A DNA stretch of 60,019 bases, counting the filler. It is 4 parts of 4 records of this genome, joined end to end, with 100 filler letters (N's around TTAATTAATTAA, not from the genome) between each part and the next. Parts side by side here need not be neighbours in the genome. Positions count along the whole stretch, not along the records: positions 1 to 22,618 come from SRR22947727_1567; positions 22,719 to 33,585 come from SRR22947727_1568; 2 more parts are not named here. One strand, written 5' to 3'. A program made the position numbers and the translations under genes. The first letter of the stretch is position 1, and the number at the start of each line of letters is the position of its first letter. Positions 19,942-28,986 of the stretch are shown here, in pieces. The notes below the pieces were generated by a model, which saw only the letters and a list, made by a program, of their open reading frames with translations, ran no database searches and had not been told where the DNA came from.

Positions 19942-21588
19942 ATGTCTGATATGTCATCTGGATCACCATTCGCCGAACTGGATATGCAAGGGGCTGATAT
20001 GCAGCCACTGTCACCAGTGCATTTCATTAACCGTGTTGCCTATGTTTTTGCGACAAAAACGGCCATTGCCTATGGTGCGCGGCGGATAAGCTATGGTGAA
20101 TTTGGCAAGCGTTGCAAACAGCTTGCCGCGGCAATTATCGGTTCTGGCATTGCGCCACAAACCACGGTTTCAGTCTTATGTCCGAATGTGCCGGAAATGC
20201 TGGAATTGCATTTTGCTGTGCCGATGACAGGCGCGGTTCTGAACACAATCAATACACGGCTAGATGCCAAGACAATTGCAACCATTCTTGATCATGGCGA
20301 AAGCCAGATGCTGTTTGTTGACCGCGAATATGCCGATGCTGCTGAGGCGGCGCTGGCGATCTGTGATCGCAAAATCAGGGTGGTTTGCATCGATGATCCG
20401 GCTATCGACCTTGGCCGGATGATTGGTGATGTTGATTATGAAAGTTTTCTTGCTGGCGGGCTGGCAGAAACGCCCCTGTTTGATTTGCAAGATGAAACCA
20501 TGCCGATTTCGCTTAGCTACACGTCAGGAACAACAGGCAATCCGAAAGGTGTTGTCTATTCGCATCGCGGGGCAGCATTGAATGCGCTTGGCAATGTTTT
20601 GGCGATGGGGCTTAGCACCAGCAGCACCTATCTTTGGACTTTGCCGTTGTTTCACTGCAATGGCTGGACGCACCCATGGGCGGTAACGGCGGTTGGTGGA
20701 ACGCATGTTTGTTTGCGGGCGATTGATCCGGCCGAAGTGTTTCGGTTAATCGATGCGGAAAATGTAACGCATATGGCGGCCGCACCAATTGTGCTATCGA
20801 TGTTGATCCATGCACCCGATGAGGCCAAGCCAAAGACCGCCAAAATAATTCCGGTTCAAATGGCCACGGGCGGCGCGGCGCCCCCAAGCAAGGTGATTGA
20901 TGATATGGAAACGATGGGTTTCAAAATCACCCATCTTTATGGCTTAACCGAATCCTATGGCCCGTCTTTGATTTGTGAAATGCAGGCCGAATGGGAAGAA
21001 TTGCCACTTGCCGAACGGGCGCAGAAAATGGCGCGTCAAGGCGTGCCGCATGTTCTGGCAGGCGATTATCGGGTGGTCGACCCGCAAACAAAGGCACCCG
21101 TTCCCGCTGATGGCAAAACCATTGGCGAGATCATGCTTCGCGGCAATACGATTATGAAGGGCTATCTTAAAAACCCTGAAGATACCGCAAAAGCATCGTC
21201 TGGCGGTTGGTTTCATAGCGGTGATCTTGCGGTAATGCATCCCGATGGCTATGCCGAGGTCAAGGATCGATCGAAAGATATCATCATTTCGGGTGGTGAA
21301 AATATTTCCAGCCTTGAGGTGGAAGAAGCGCTGTACCAGCATCCCGATATTATGGAAGCTGCGGTGGTTGCCCGCCCTGATGACAAATGGGGCGAGACGC
21401 CATGCGCTTTCATCACGTTAAAGCCGAATGTGGATCAACCTGATATTGATGATTTGCGCGCTTTTTGCCGCGAGCATCTGGCAAACTATAAATTACCAAG
21501 CCATTTTGTGTTTTCGGTCTTGCCAAAAACCCAGACAGGCAAGATTCAGAAAACCGTACTTCGCGAACAGGCGAAAACGGTCACATAA
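19942..21588 (+). CDS. AMP-forming acyl-CoA synthetase
   Basis: YTSGTTGNPKG, LFHCNGW, YGLTE, GWFHSGD, DRSKDIIISGGENISS, PKTQTGKIQK. Confidence 0.93.
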   Translation: MSDMSSGSPFAELDMQGADMQPLSPVHFINRVAYVFATKTAIAYGARRISYGEFGKRCKQLAAAIIGSGIAPQTTVSVLCPNVPEMLELHFAVPMTGAVLNTINTRLDAKTIATILDHGESQMLFVDREYADAAEAALAICDRKIRVVCIDDPAIDLGRMIGDVDYESFLAGGLAETPLFDLQDETMPISLSYTSGTTGNPKGVVYSHRGAALNALGNVLAMGLSTSSTYLWTLPLFHCNGWTHPWAVTAVGGTHVCLRAIDPAEVFRLIDAENVTHMAAAPIVLSMLIHAPDEAKPKTAKIIPVQMATGGAAPPSKVIDDMETMGFKITHLYGLTESYGPSLICEMQAEWEELPLAERAQKMARQGVPHVLAGDYRVVDPQTKAPVPADGKTIGEIMLRGNTIMKGYLKNPEDTAKASSGGWFHSGDLAVMHPDGYAEVKDRSKDIIISGGENISSLEVEEALYQHPDIMEAAVVARPDDKWGETPCAFITLKPNVDQPDIDDLRAFCREHLANYKLPSHFVFSVLPKTQTGKIQKTVLREQAKTVT

Positions 21589-21660
21589 ATCATCTGGCAT
21601 CACGCTGGAATCATCACGGTGGAAAAGCGTGAGCCACAAAATCATGTGGCATCACGCTGG
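21587..21660. repeat. 22-bp direct repeat pair with 1 mismatch and a 30-bp gap
   Basis: AAATCATCTGGCATCACGCTGG (21587-21608) and AAATCATGTGGCATCACGCTGG (21639-21660). Confidence 0.75.
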
Positions 21661-21687
21661 TGATTGCGGTTTGGCTCTGATCTGTTC

Positions 21688-22618
21688 CTATTTTGGAATA
21701 TAGCGTTCGCCAATTGCGGGTTTATTCACGCCAAGGCCGGGGATTTCCCAAACACCTGCCCCGGGCGGGTTTAGATCGCCGCTGATATTGGCATCGATCA
21801 AATAGGGGCGATTTCTTTTGATCCCTGCCAAAATGGCGTCGCCAAGATCGCCAGCACGGTCAATGCTGACCCCTTCAACACCGGCTGATCTGGCCATTGC
21901 AGCAAAATCGGGATTATAGGGAAGGCCAGAGTCGGGGTGATGAAAATCGGTTGCCAGTTCGCGGTTATCAAGATAGCCCCGTTGCAGGCCGCGGATCGAG
22001 CCATAGGCGTAATTGTTCCAAACCACCCAGACAACCGGAATATTATATTCAACCGCTGTTCCCAGAACATTGGCATGCATAAAGAACGCGCCGTCACCGC
22101 AAACCGAAACACAAGGCCGGTCAGGTGCGGCCAGTTTGGCACCCATTACCCCAGCAACACCAAATCCCATTGGGCCAAATCCCATTGATCCGATCAATGA
22201 ATCAGGTCGGGTCGGGTTGCAAAATTGCAGTAACCAATTGTGATGCACGCCGATATCACTCACCAAAATGGCATCTTCGGGAAGTGCTTTGTCAATTTCA
22301 ACCGCCGCCCGCTGTGGGTTAATGGGGCTGCTGTCATCACTGTAGCCAGGCGCTGTAAAGGCGTTCCATTCAGCGCGATAGCCATCAATTGCTGCCAGCC
22401 ATTTCCGGCTTGCTGCCGTTGGCTCGCCACTATGCCCTCGGCGGTCAAGCTCGGCTAATATTTGCCGGAGAAAGGTACGCACATCAGCCATCAGGCCAAG
22501 TGCAACCGGATAATTCCGCCCAATTTCTTCAGGATCAATATCAACATGGATCAATCTTGTTGGCGGGATGGTAAAAGAATAGCCCGGAATCCAAGAGCTG
22601 GAGGTGCGGTCATCAAAT
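21688..22618 (-). CDS. Thiamine pyrophosphate-binding enzyme (acetolactate synthase large subunit-like), 5' part missing
   Basis: IHVDIDP.EIGRNYP, GPMGFG, GDGAFFM...WNN TPP motif. The frame stays open to the contig edge (FDDRTSSSW...). Confidence 0.88.
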
Positions 22619-22718
22619 NNNNNNNNNNNNNNNNNNNNNNNNNNNNNNNNNNNNNNNNNNNNTTAATTAATTAANNNNNNNNNNNNNNNNNNNNNNNNNN
22701 NNNNNNNNNNNNNNNNNN
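22619..22718. other. Artificial contig linker
   Basis: 44 N + TTAATTAATTAA (stops in all six frames) + 44 N. Confidence 0.98.
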
Positions 22719-22748
22719 TCGGCGGTTCGATCCCGCCTAGCTCCACCA
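22719..22748 (+). tRNA. 3' part of tRNA-Ala (T-arm, acceptor stem, CCA), truncated by the contig start
   Basis: TCGGCGGTTCGATCCCGCCTAGCTCCACCA: GGCGG-TTCGATC-CCGCC T-arm and the TAGCTCCACCA end typical of gammaproteobacterial tRNA-Ala. Anticodon not visible. Confidence 0.8.
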
Positions 22749-24113
22749 TTATTGTATTTTTGATAACCCGAGTCTTTTTTCAAGATAGTCAATTATCATA
22801 GATGCTACATTTATATTATTAATCGTTTCAATGCCTTGAAGACCAGGAGAGCTATTAACCTCTAAAACTTTAGGTCCTTCACTTGAGCGTAAAATATCAA
22901 CTCCAGCGATATTTAATCCCATAGCTTTTGTAGCCTGCTTTGCAATTTTTCTTTCATCCTGAGTTATTTTAACCTTACTTGCTTTCCCACCCACATGAAG
23001 ATTTGAACGGAAATCATCATCAGATGCTGAGCGCATCATGCTTGCAATAACCTTCCCACCTATAACAAACAATCTTAAGTCTGACCCATTTGAATCCTTT
23101 ATAAAGTTTTGAACTATGAAGGGTGCATTAAGTTTTTGAAAAGCGCTTATTACACTCGAGGCTGCTTTTTTTGTTTCAGCTAAAATTACACCTTTACCTT
23201 GAGAGCTTTCGAGCAATTTAACAACCAAAGGTGCGCCAGCAGTTAAATCAATAATATTTTCAGTATCACGAGGTGAGTTTGCAAAGGCCGTATCAGGCAT
23301 AGGAATTCTATTTATTGCTAAAGCTTGATGTGCAGCTAATTTATCTCTTGAAGTACCTATTGATGACGAAGAATTCAAGCAAAATGTGCCCATGGCTTCA
23401 AATTGTCTTACTACAGCCATTCCATACTTAGTTATTGATGGGCCTATTCTTGGAATGATCACATCGTAGTGGGGTAATACCTTACCGTCATAATGAACTT
23501 CTGGCTTATCAGATTCGATATTTAAATAACATCTTTTTGTATTTAGAATTTCACAAAAATGACCATTCTGTTCAGATGCTTCGATAATTTTTAAATTTGA
23601 GTAGTTGTTTGGTTCTAAACTTAATATACCAATTCTTAAAGATCGTCTATGACCGTTCTTCTTAATTTTTTTATATGAGTCATAGCTTAGGACTTTTTGT
23701 AAAAAACTTTTATCAGCTGAAATTTGAAAACCATCAAGAGCACTTCTACCAATGATCATTTTATATTTCATATTTTCACGATTCGTCAAAGTTATGGGTA
23801 TTTTCTTTATAACTCCACCTACTACAATATCTGTTTCAATAACATACCTAAGTTCTGTAATCCCGTTTGAAGATGTTACATTTCTTTGATCAATAATTTT
23901 GGCAGAGCAAAATATTGAAAATCTTTCATCTGTCTCTATAGGGTTAATGCCAAATCTGACCATCTGGTTGTCCTTATTACCAAATGTTTGGATATTGAAA
24001 GCATGAAGTGCTGAAGTGTCAGCACCTGTATCAGTTTTTGCTATAAGAGCGGGAAGATTGAGCTCAGGTAAGCTAACCCATTCTTCCCAACCTACATAAT
24101 TATTTATTTGCAT
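22749..24113 (-). CDS. rimK: RimB-like peptidase domain fused to RimK alpha-L-glutamate ligase
   Basis: N-terminal VGWEEWVSLP...AKTDTGADTSALHA...MIIGR; C-terminal ATP-grasp IPRIG, RDKL, QGKGV.LAET, DFRSNLH.GG, LEVNSSPGL.GIE. Confidence 0.9.
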   Translation of the reverse strand: MQINNYVGWEEWVSLPELNLPALIAKTDTGADTSALHAFNIQTFGNKDNQMVRFGINPIETDERFSIFCSAKIIDQRNVTSSNGITELRYVIETDIVVGGVIKKIPITLTNRENMKYKMIIGRSALDGFQISADKSFLQKVLSYDSYKKIKKNGHRRSLRIGILSLEPNNYSNLKIIEASEQNGHFCEILNTKRCYLNIESDKPEVHYDGKVLPHYDVIIPRIGPSITKYGMAVVRQFEAMGTFCLNSSSSIGTSRDKLAAHQALAINRIPMPDTAFANSPRDTENIIDLTAGAPLVVKLLESSQGKGVILAETKKAASSVISAFQKLNAPFIVQNFIKDSNGSDLRLFVIGGKVIASMMRSASDDDFRSNLHVGGKASKVKITQDERKIAKQATKAMGLNIAGVDILRSSEGPKVLEVNSSPGLQGIETINNINVASMIIDYLEKRLGLSKIQ

Positions 24114-24217
24114 TCGCTATATTTATAGCATTTTTAAATAATTACAAGATTAATTTGTAAAAAAATCTTTACATAATTAAATGTAAAAATAAGCAGTTCT
24201 CAATCAACTCTTTATAG

Positions 24218-24496
24218 TTAACTTGTTTTAAGTATTCCTGAAGTTGACACTGAATCTTCTTTTAAACCTCTTACACTTTTAAATAATGTGCATTGTCTTT
24301 TTTTTGAGTTATAGGTAAAGGCAACGACTTTACTTCTTGTATCAGCATAGGCATTACATTTTTCTAAAGAGGCATACTTTGATGTGTTTCTAGTTGAGGA
24401 TATTGATCCATTAACAGAATACCCTTCTTTTATTTCAATATCGGCTATTAAAAAACCTGGTATTGCTAGCAGAGTTGTTAAAAATATTTTTTTCAT
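24218..24496 (-). CDS. Small secreted protein with a PAN/apple-like pattern
   Basis: Signal peptide MKKIFLTTLLA; SLEKC...AFTYNSKKRQCTLFKS...SG resembles the PAN consensus but has only two Cys. Confidence 0.55.
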   Translation of the reverse strand: MKKIFLTTLLAIPGFLIADIEIKEGYSVNGSISSTRNTSKYASLEKCNAYADTRSKVVAFTYNSKKRQCTLFKSVRGLKEDSVSTSGILKTS

Positions 24497-24640
24497 ATTG
24501 GTCCTTATTAAGTGTTTAATATTTTTATTGATGCAATTCTTATGCCACTTTTTTTTAAGAACATAGATTTTTCAATTAAGAAAAATAGATTTAAAGAAAT
24601 AATCATTTTATATTCTTAGAAATCTATATAATATGAAATT

Positions 24641-25918
24641 ATGAAAATTACAATTTACAAATTAAAGACTTTTTTAATAATCTTCGCAACTTCAATAAAT
24701 TTATTAAGTAATGAATATATCTTAGTACCAAAAAATATTTTAGATGTTCAAACTGGAAAACTAATTGAGGCTAATATCCACATTAAAGAGGGAGTAATAG
24801 TATCTATATCAAATAAAAAACCTACTCTAGGAAAAAATAAAATAATACAACTAGAGGGAATGACTCTTTTGCCAGGTTTAATGGATGCCCATGTTCATTT
24901 AATTGGAAACAATGAGCTTAATGGTTATAGCTCAATGGCTGAATCAACTCAGCTGGCAACTTTATATGGTGCTAAAAACGCTAAAAACACTCTTTTAGCA
25001 GGATTTACAACAGTAAGAAATGTTGGTGCTGGTCAGTTTGCTGATGTTGCTTTAAGAGATGCTATTGAAAAGGGTGTTGTAGATGGTCCAAGAATGTTAG
25101 TTTCCGGACCAACTCTTAGTATTTCAGGTGGTCATGGTGATAACAACCTATTGCCATTTCATAACCACGGTAAATCAGAAAAGCATAGCATTGTTGATAG
25201 TCCTTGGGAGGCCAGAAAAGCTGTAAGAGTTAATAGAAAATATGGTGCAAATCTTATTAAATTTACAGCCACTGGCGGAGTAATGTCTAAAAATACAGAC
25301 CCAAATGCGAAGCAATTTACTTTAGATGAAATGATAGCCATTGTTGATGAAGCTCATAGTCATGGTATGAAGGTTGCAGCTCATGCGCACGGTCTTAAGG
25401 GAATTAAAACAGCCATAAAGGCTGGTGTAGATTCGATTGAGCACGCAAGCTTTATCGATGAAGATACCATTAAATTAGCTATAGAAAATAATGTTTATTT
25501 ATCTATGGATATATATGTATCTGATTACATCCTAGGAGAAGGTGCGAAGAAGGGAATCTTGGAAGAATCTTTAGCTAAAGAAAGAAAGGTTGGACGCATT
25601 CAAAGAGAAAACTTCAAATTAGCAAATTCAATGGGCGCTCTAATGGTATTGGGAACTGACGCTGGTATTTATAATCATGGAGATAATGCAAAGCAATTTA
25701 AATATATGGTTGATTGGGGAATGTCTCCTCTTCAAGCAATACAGGCTTCAACAATCAACACCGCTAAACTTTTTGGTTTGGACAAAGTTGGCCAAATAAA
25801 AGAAGGTTATAACGCAGATATTGTTGGAGTTTATTCAAATCCACTTATGGATATTACTGCTCTTGAGGATATTTCTTTTGTGATGAAAGAGGGTAAGGTT
25901 TATAAAGATTTCAATTAA
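24641..25918 (+). CDS. Amidohydrolase family protein (Xaa-Pro dipeptidase/carboxypeptidase-like), probably exported
   Basis: PGLMDAHVH, GFTTVRNVG, AAHAHG, SIEH, GTDAG, ADIV; signal-like N-terminus. Confidence 0.9.
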   Translation: MKITIYKLKTFLIIFATSINLLSNEYILVPKNILDVQTGKLIEANIHIKEGVIVSISNKKPTLGKNKIIQLEGMTLLPGLMDAHVHLIGNNELNGYSSMAESTQLATLYGAKNAKNTLLAGFTTVRNVGAGQFADVALRDAIEKGVVDGPRMLVSGPTLSISGGHGDNNLLPFHNHGKSEKHSIVDSPWEARKAVRVNRKYGANLIKFTATGGVMSKNTDPNAKQFTLDEMIAIVDEAHSHGMKVAAHAHGLKGIKTAIKAGVDSIEHASFIDEDTIKLAIENNVYLSMDIYVSDYILGEGAKKGILEESLAKERKVGRIQRENFKLANSMGALMVLGTDAGIYNHGDNAKQFKYMVDWGMSPLQAIQASTINTAKLFGLDKVGQIKEGYNADIVGVYSNPLMDITALEDISFVMKEGKVYKDFN

Positions 25919-27006
25919 TGAAAATAGGTGTACCCAAAGAGATAAAAAATAATGAATATAGGGTAGGGTTAACCCCTCGCTCTGTCCAAATTCTCTCAAA
26001 CTCCAACCATCAAGTATATATACAAAAAGATTCAGGTGCAGAAATTGGTTTTTTAGATGAGCATTATCAGAATGCTGGGGCTAAAATTTTAACAAGTCCA
26101 GAAAAAGTTTACGAATTGTCGGAACTCATCATAAAAGTAAAAGAGCCAATCCCTGAAGAATACAAATATTTAAATGAAAATCATACTGTTTTTGCTTATT
26201 TGCATTTAGCAGGCAATAAAAAAAATGCTATTGATTTAACTTCCACAGGTATCTCAGGTATTGCGCTTGAAACAGTTACAGCTGAAGATGGGTCCATGCC
26301 ATTATTGTCACCAATGAGTTCTATTGCTGGCCAGTTAAGTATTATTGTTGGATCCTATCATCTGCTAAAACCATATAACGGTATGGGAACTCTTATCGGA
26401 GAAATAGAAAATATTGATCCGAGAATAGTCACTGTTATTGGTGCTGGGGTTGCTGGAACAGAGGCTATTAAAAAAGCCATCAATAATAAAGCTTATTTAA
26501 AAGTAATAGATCTATCAAAAGAAAAGCTTAAGGATCTTCAAAAAACATTTGGAAACAATAATATTGAATATATTGAATCTACTGAACTATCAATTGAAGA
26601 AGCATTAAAGGTCTCTGACTTGGTTATCGGATCAGTCTACGTTCTAGGCAAACAGGCTCCAAAGGTTGTTACAAACAATATGCTTAGAAAAATGAAACAA
26701 GGGGCAGTTATTGTTGATATTTCAATCGATCAGGGAGGGTGTTTTGAATCCAGCATTCCAACAACTCATGACAATCCAACATATGTAAAAGATGGAGTAA
26801 TTCACTATTGTGTTACAAATATGCCTGGGGCAGTGCCTTTGACTGCCACAGAAGCTTTAAATAAAGCAACCTTGCCATATATTCTTGAGTTGGCTAACAA
26901 GGGTGTTGATCTGGCTTTAAAGGAAAATATCCATCTGGCAAATGGATTAAATATAAAAAATGGTAAAGTTGTTCATAGCTCTGTCAGAGAGGCATTGAGT
27001 TTATAG
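25918..27006 (+). CDS. ald: Alanine dehydrogenase
   Basis: MKIGVPKEIKNNEYRVGLTP, KVKEP, YLHLA, DISIDQGGCFE, HYCVTNMPGAV. Confidence 0.93.
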   Translation: MKIGVPKEIKNNEYRVGLTPRSVQILSNSNHQVYIQKDSGAEIGFLDEHYQNAGAKILTSPEKVYELSELIIKVKEPIPEEYKYLNENHTVFAYLHLAGNKKNAIDLTSTGISGIALETVTAEDGSMPLLSPMSSIAGQLSIIVGSYHLLKPYNGMGTLIGEIENIDPRIVTVIGAGVAGTEAIKKAINNKAYLKVIDLSKEKLKDLQKTFGNNNIEYIESTELSIEEALKVSDLVIGSVYVLGKQAPKVVTNNMLRKMKQGAVIVDISIDQGGCFESSIPTTHDNPTYVKDGVIHYCVTNMPGAVPLTATEALNKATLPYILELANKGVDLALKENIHLANGLNIKNGKVVHSSVREALSL

Positions 27007-27010
27007 GGAA

Positions 27011-27796
27011 ATGGCGACACCTATTTATTATATTGATGCTTTTTCAGACAAACTTTTTTCAGGCAATCCTGCTGCTGTAATTTTTTCACAAATAAACGAT
27101 TCTGTTTTAATGCAAAACATTGCTTTAGAGAATAATTTGTCAGAAACAGCTTTCATAAGAAAAGAAAATGGTAAGTTACATATTCGCTGGTTTGCTCCTA
27201 GCTGTGAAATTGATCTTTGCGGTCATGCAACATTAGCAACTGCATTCGCATATTTTAAATACTATTCTGATGAGTCTTCAAATATATTTGAAGTTAACTC
27301 ACTAAAACATGGAGTTTTGAGAGTGCATAAAGATAATGATTATTATTTTTTAGACTTCCCTAAAGATCTTTTAATTAAAAAAAAGACATTAACAATAATT
27401 GAATCTGCAATTGGGTATAAGTTCGATCATATTTACCGCGGTAGAGATGACTATTTAATTAAATTAGATTCAGAAAGACAAATTCTTAACTTGAGACCTG
27501 ACTTCTTAAAACTTAAAGAAATTGATGCAAGGGGACTTATTGTTACTGGTCCAGGTGATGATTGTGATTTTGTTTCACGATGTTTTTATCCATCTACCGG
27601 TGTTGATGAAGACCCTGTAACTGGATCAGCCCACACATCATTAGTCCCATTTTGGGCAGAGTTAACTGGAAAAAAGAAATTCAAGGCAAAACAACTTTCA
27701 TCAAGAGGAGGCAAATTGTTCTGCGAATTAGAAGGCAGCAGAGTGCTAATCGGGGGCAAGGCTATAGAGTACATGAAAGGAAGTATTAATATTTAA
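27011..27796 (+). CDS. PhzF family isomerase/epimerase
   Basis: DAFS...GNPAAV, NLSETAF, EIDLCGHATLA, EDPVTGSAH. Confidence 0.92.
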   Translation: MATPIYYIDAFSDKLFSGNPAAVIFSQINDSVLMQNIALENNLSETAFIRKENGKLHIRWFAPSCEIDLCGHATLATAFAYFKYYSDESSNIFEVNSLKHGVLRVHKDNDYYFLDFPKDLLIKKKTLTIIESAIGYKFDHIYRGRDDYLIKLDSERQILNLRPDFLKLKEIDARGLIVTGPGDDCDFVSRCFYPSTGVDEDPVTGSAHTSLVPFWAELTGKKKFKAKQLSSRGGKLFCELEGSRVLIGGKAIEYMKGSINI

Positions 27797-28809
27797 ATTT
27801 TAATAATTTGTTTTCCAAAATTTTTACCGCTTAATACGTCTCTCAGTGCTTGTGGAGCATTTTTAAAACCATCGGTAATTGTTTCTCTGTAAAAAATTTT
27901 ATTCTCATTAACTAATTCAAGCAATTCTTTAGTAGCAACTTCCCACTGATCAGCCCACTCAGTTACAACAAAAAATCTATGGAAAGGTTTTGGATTAAGA
28001 TTTCCAAAAACATGAAAAGGGGTTTCTGTATTTAATATATCTTTTTCATTATATTTTGATATATATCCACATATAGGAACTCTTGATCCTTGATTTAACA
28101 ACGGAGCAATTTCTCTAGTTACGATACCGCCCACATTCTCAAAATAAATATCTATACCATTAGAACATGCATGTTTTAAATCATCTGAAAATGTTTCTGA
28201 TTTATAGTCAATACAGTCATCAAAATGTAATTCATTTTTAACAAAATCACATTTTTTTGAACCTCCAGCAATTCCAATTACAAGACAGCCAGCTATTTTA
28301 CCTAATTGTCCTACAATACTTCCAACCGCACCTGATGCTGCAGATACCACTAATGTGTCTCCTTTTTTTGGTTTACCTACATTTTTAAGACCAAAATATG
28401 CAGTTCTTCCAGGCATACCTAATGCACCTAGAAATGACGATAATGTAACTCTTGAATCTTGCGGTACCTTTATTAAAGCTGGATTAGTATCATTTGTTTT
28501 AACATATGTTTGCCAACCACAATGAGCGCATACCCTTTCTCCAACACTAAATAATTTTGATCTGCTTTTAATTACAGTCCCAACGGTCTCACCAACCATG
28601 AGTTCACCAATTTTTACAGGAGATGCATATGAGACTCCATCATTCATCCTTCCACGCATATAAGGATCAATGGATAGATATTCAACTTTAATAAGAATCT
28701 CACCATTTGCTATGCTAGATATAGATTCATTTTCAATAATCCAGCAATCATCTTCTGGCATTCCAAGAGGGCGTTTATTTAATAGATATTTTGTATTTTT
28801 ATAATTCAC
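27793..28809 (-). CDS. NADP-dependent alkenal/one oxidoreductase (CurA / prostaglandin reductase family)
   Basis: LSIDPYMRGRM, LGMPGRTAYFGL, VSAASGAVGS, YFENVGG, GKNFGK. Confidence 0.92.
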   Translation of the reverse strand: MNYKNTKYLLNKRPLGMPEDDCWIIENESISSIANGEILIKVEYLSIDPYMRGRMNDGVSYASPVKIGELMVGETVGTVIKSRSKLFSVGERVCAHCGWQTYVKTNDTNPALIKVPQDSRVTLSSFLGALGMPGRTAYFGLKNVGKPKKGDTLVVSAASGAVGSIVGQLGKIAGCLVIGIAGGSKKCDFVKNELHFDDCIDYKSETFSDDLKHACSNGIDIYFENVGGIVTREIAPLLNQGSRVPICGYISKYNEKDILNTETPFHVFGNLNPKPFHRFFVVTEWADQWEVATKELLELVNENKIFYRETITDGFKNAPQALRDVLSGKNFGKQIIKI

Positions 28810-28986
28810 GTAGAAAATTTATATTGATTACAAATAATTGTATATTTAAAAGAGTGTAAAAATATACATAATTTTTATTGTTATCAAAATGCTTGTAAAA
28901 AAGATGTTTCTTTACTACTATTTGTCATGGGCATGCATTTTTTATGCATTAGCCATATTTATTTTAAATTATATTTGGGGATATTT

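Noticed and set aside
21587-21660. Possible mini-CRISPR (22-bp repeats, 30-bp spacer)
   Set aside because: Only two units, the spacer contains a partial repeat copy, and there are no cas genes or leader.
22663-22674. TTAATTAATTAA repeated three times in the window
   Set aside because: Always centred in N runs of fixed length; a synthetic six-frame stop linker. ORFs ending in XXX-LIN are artefacts of it.
22719-22748. tmRNA 3' end
   Set aside because: The T-arm and acceptor sequence fit tRNA-Ala better, though only 30 nt are visible.
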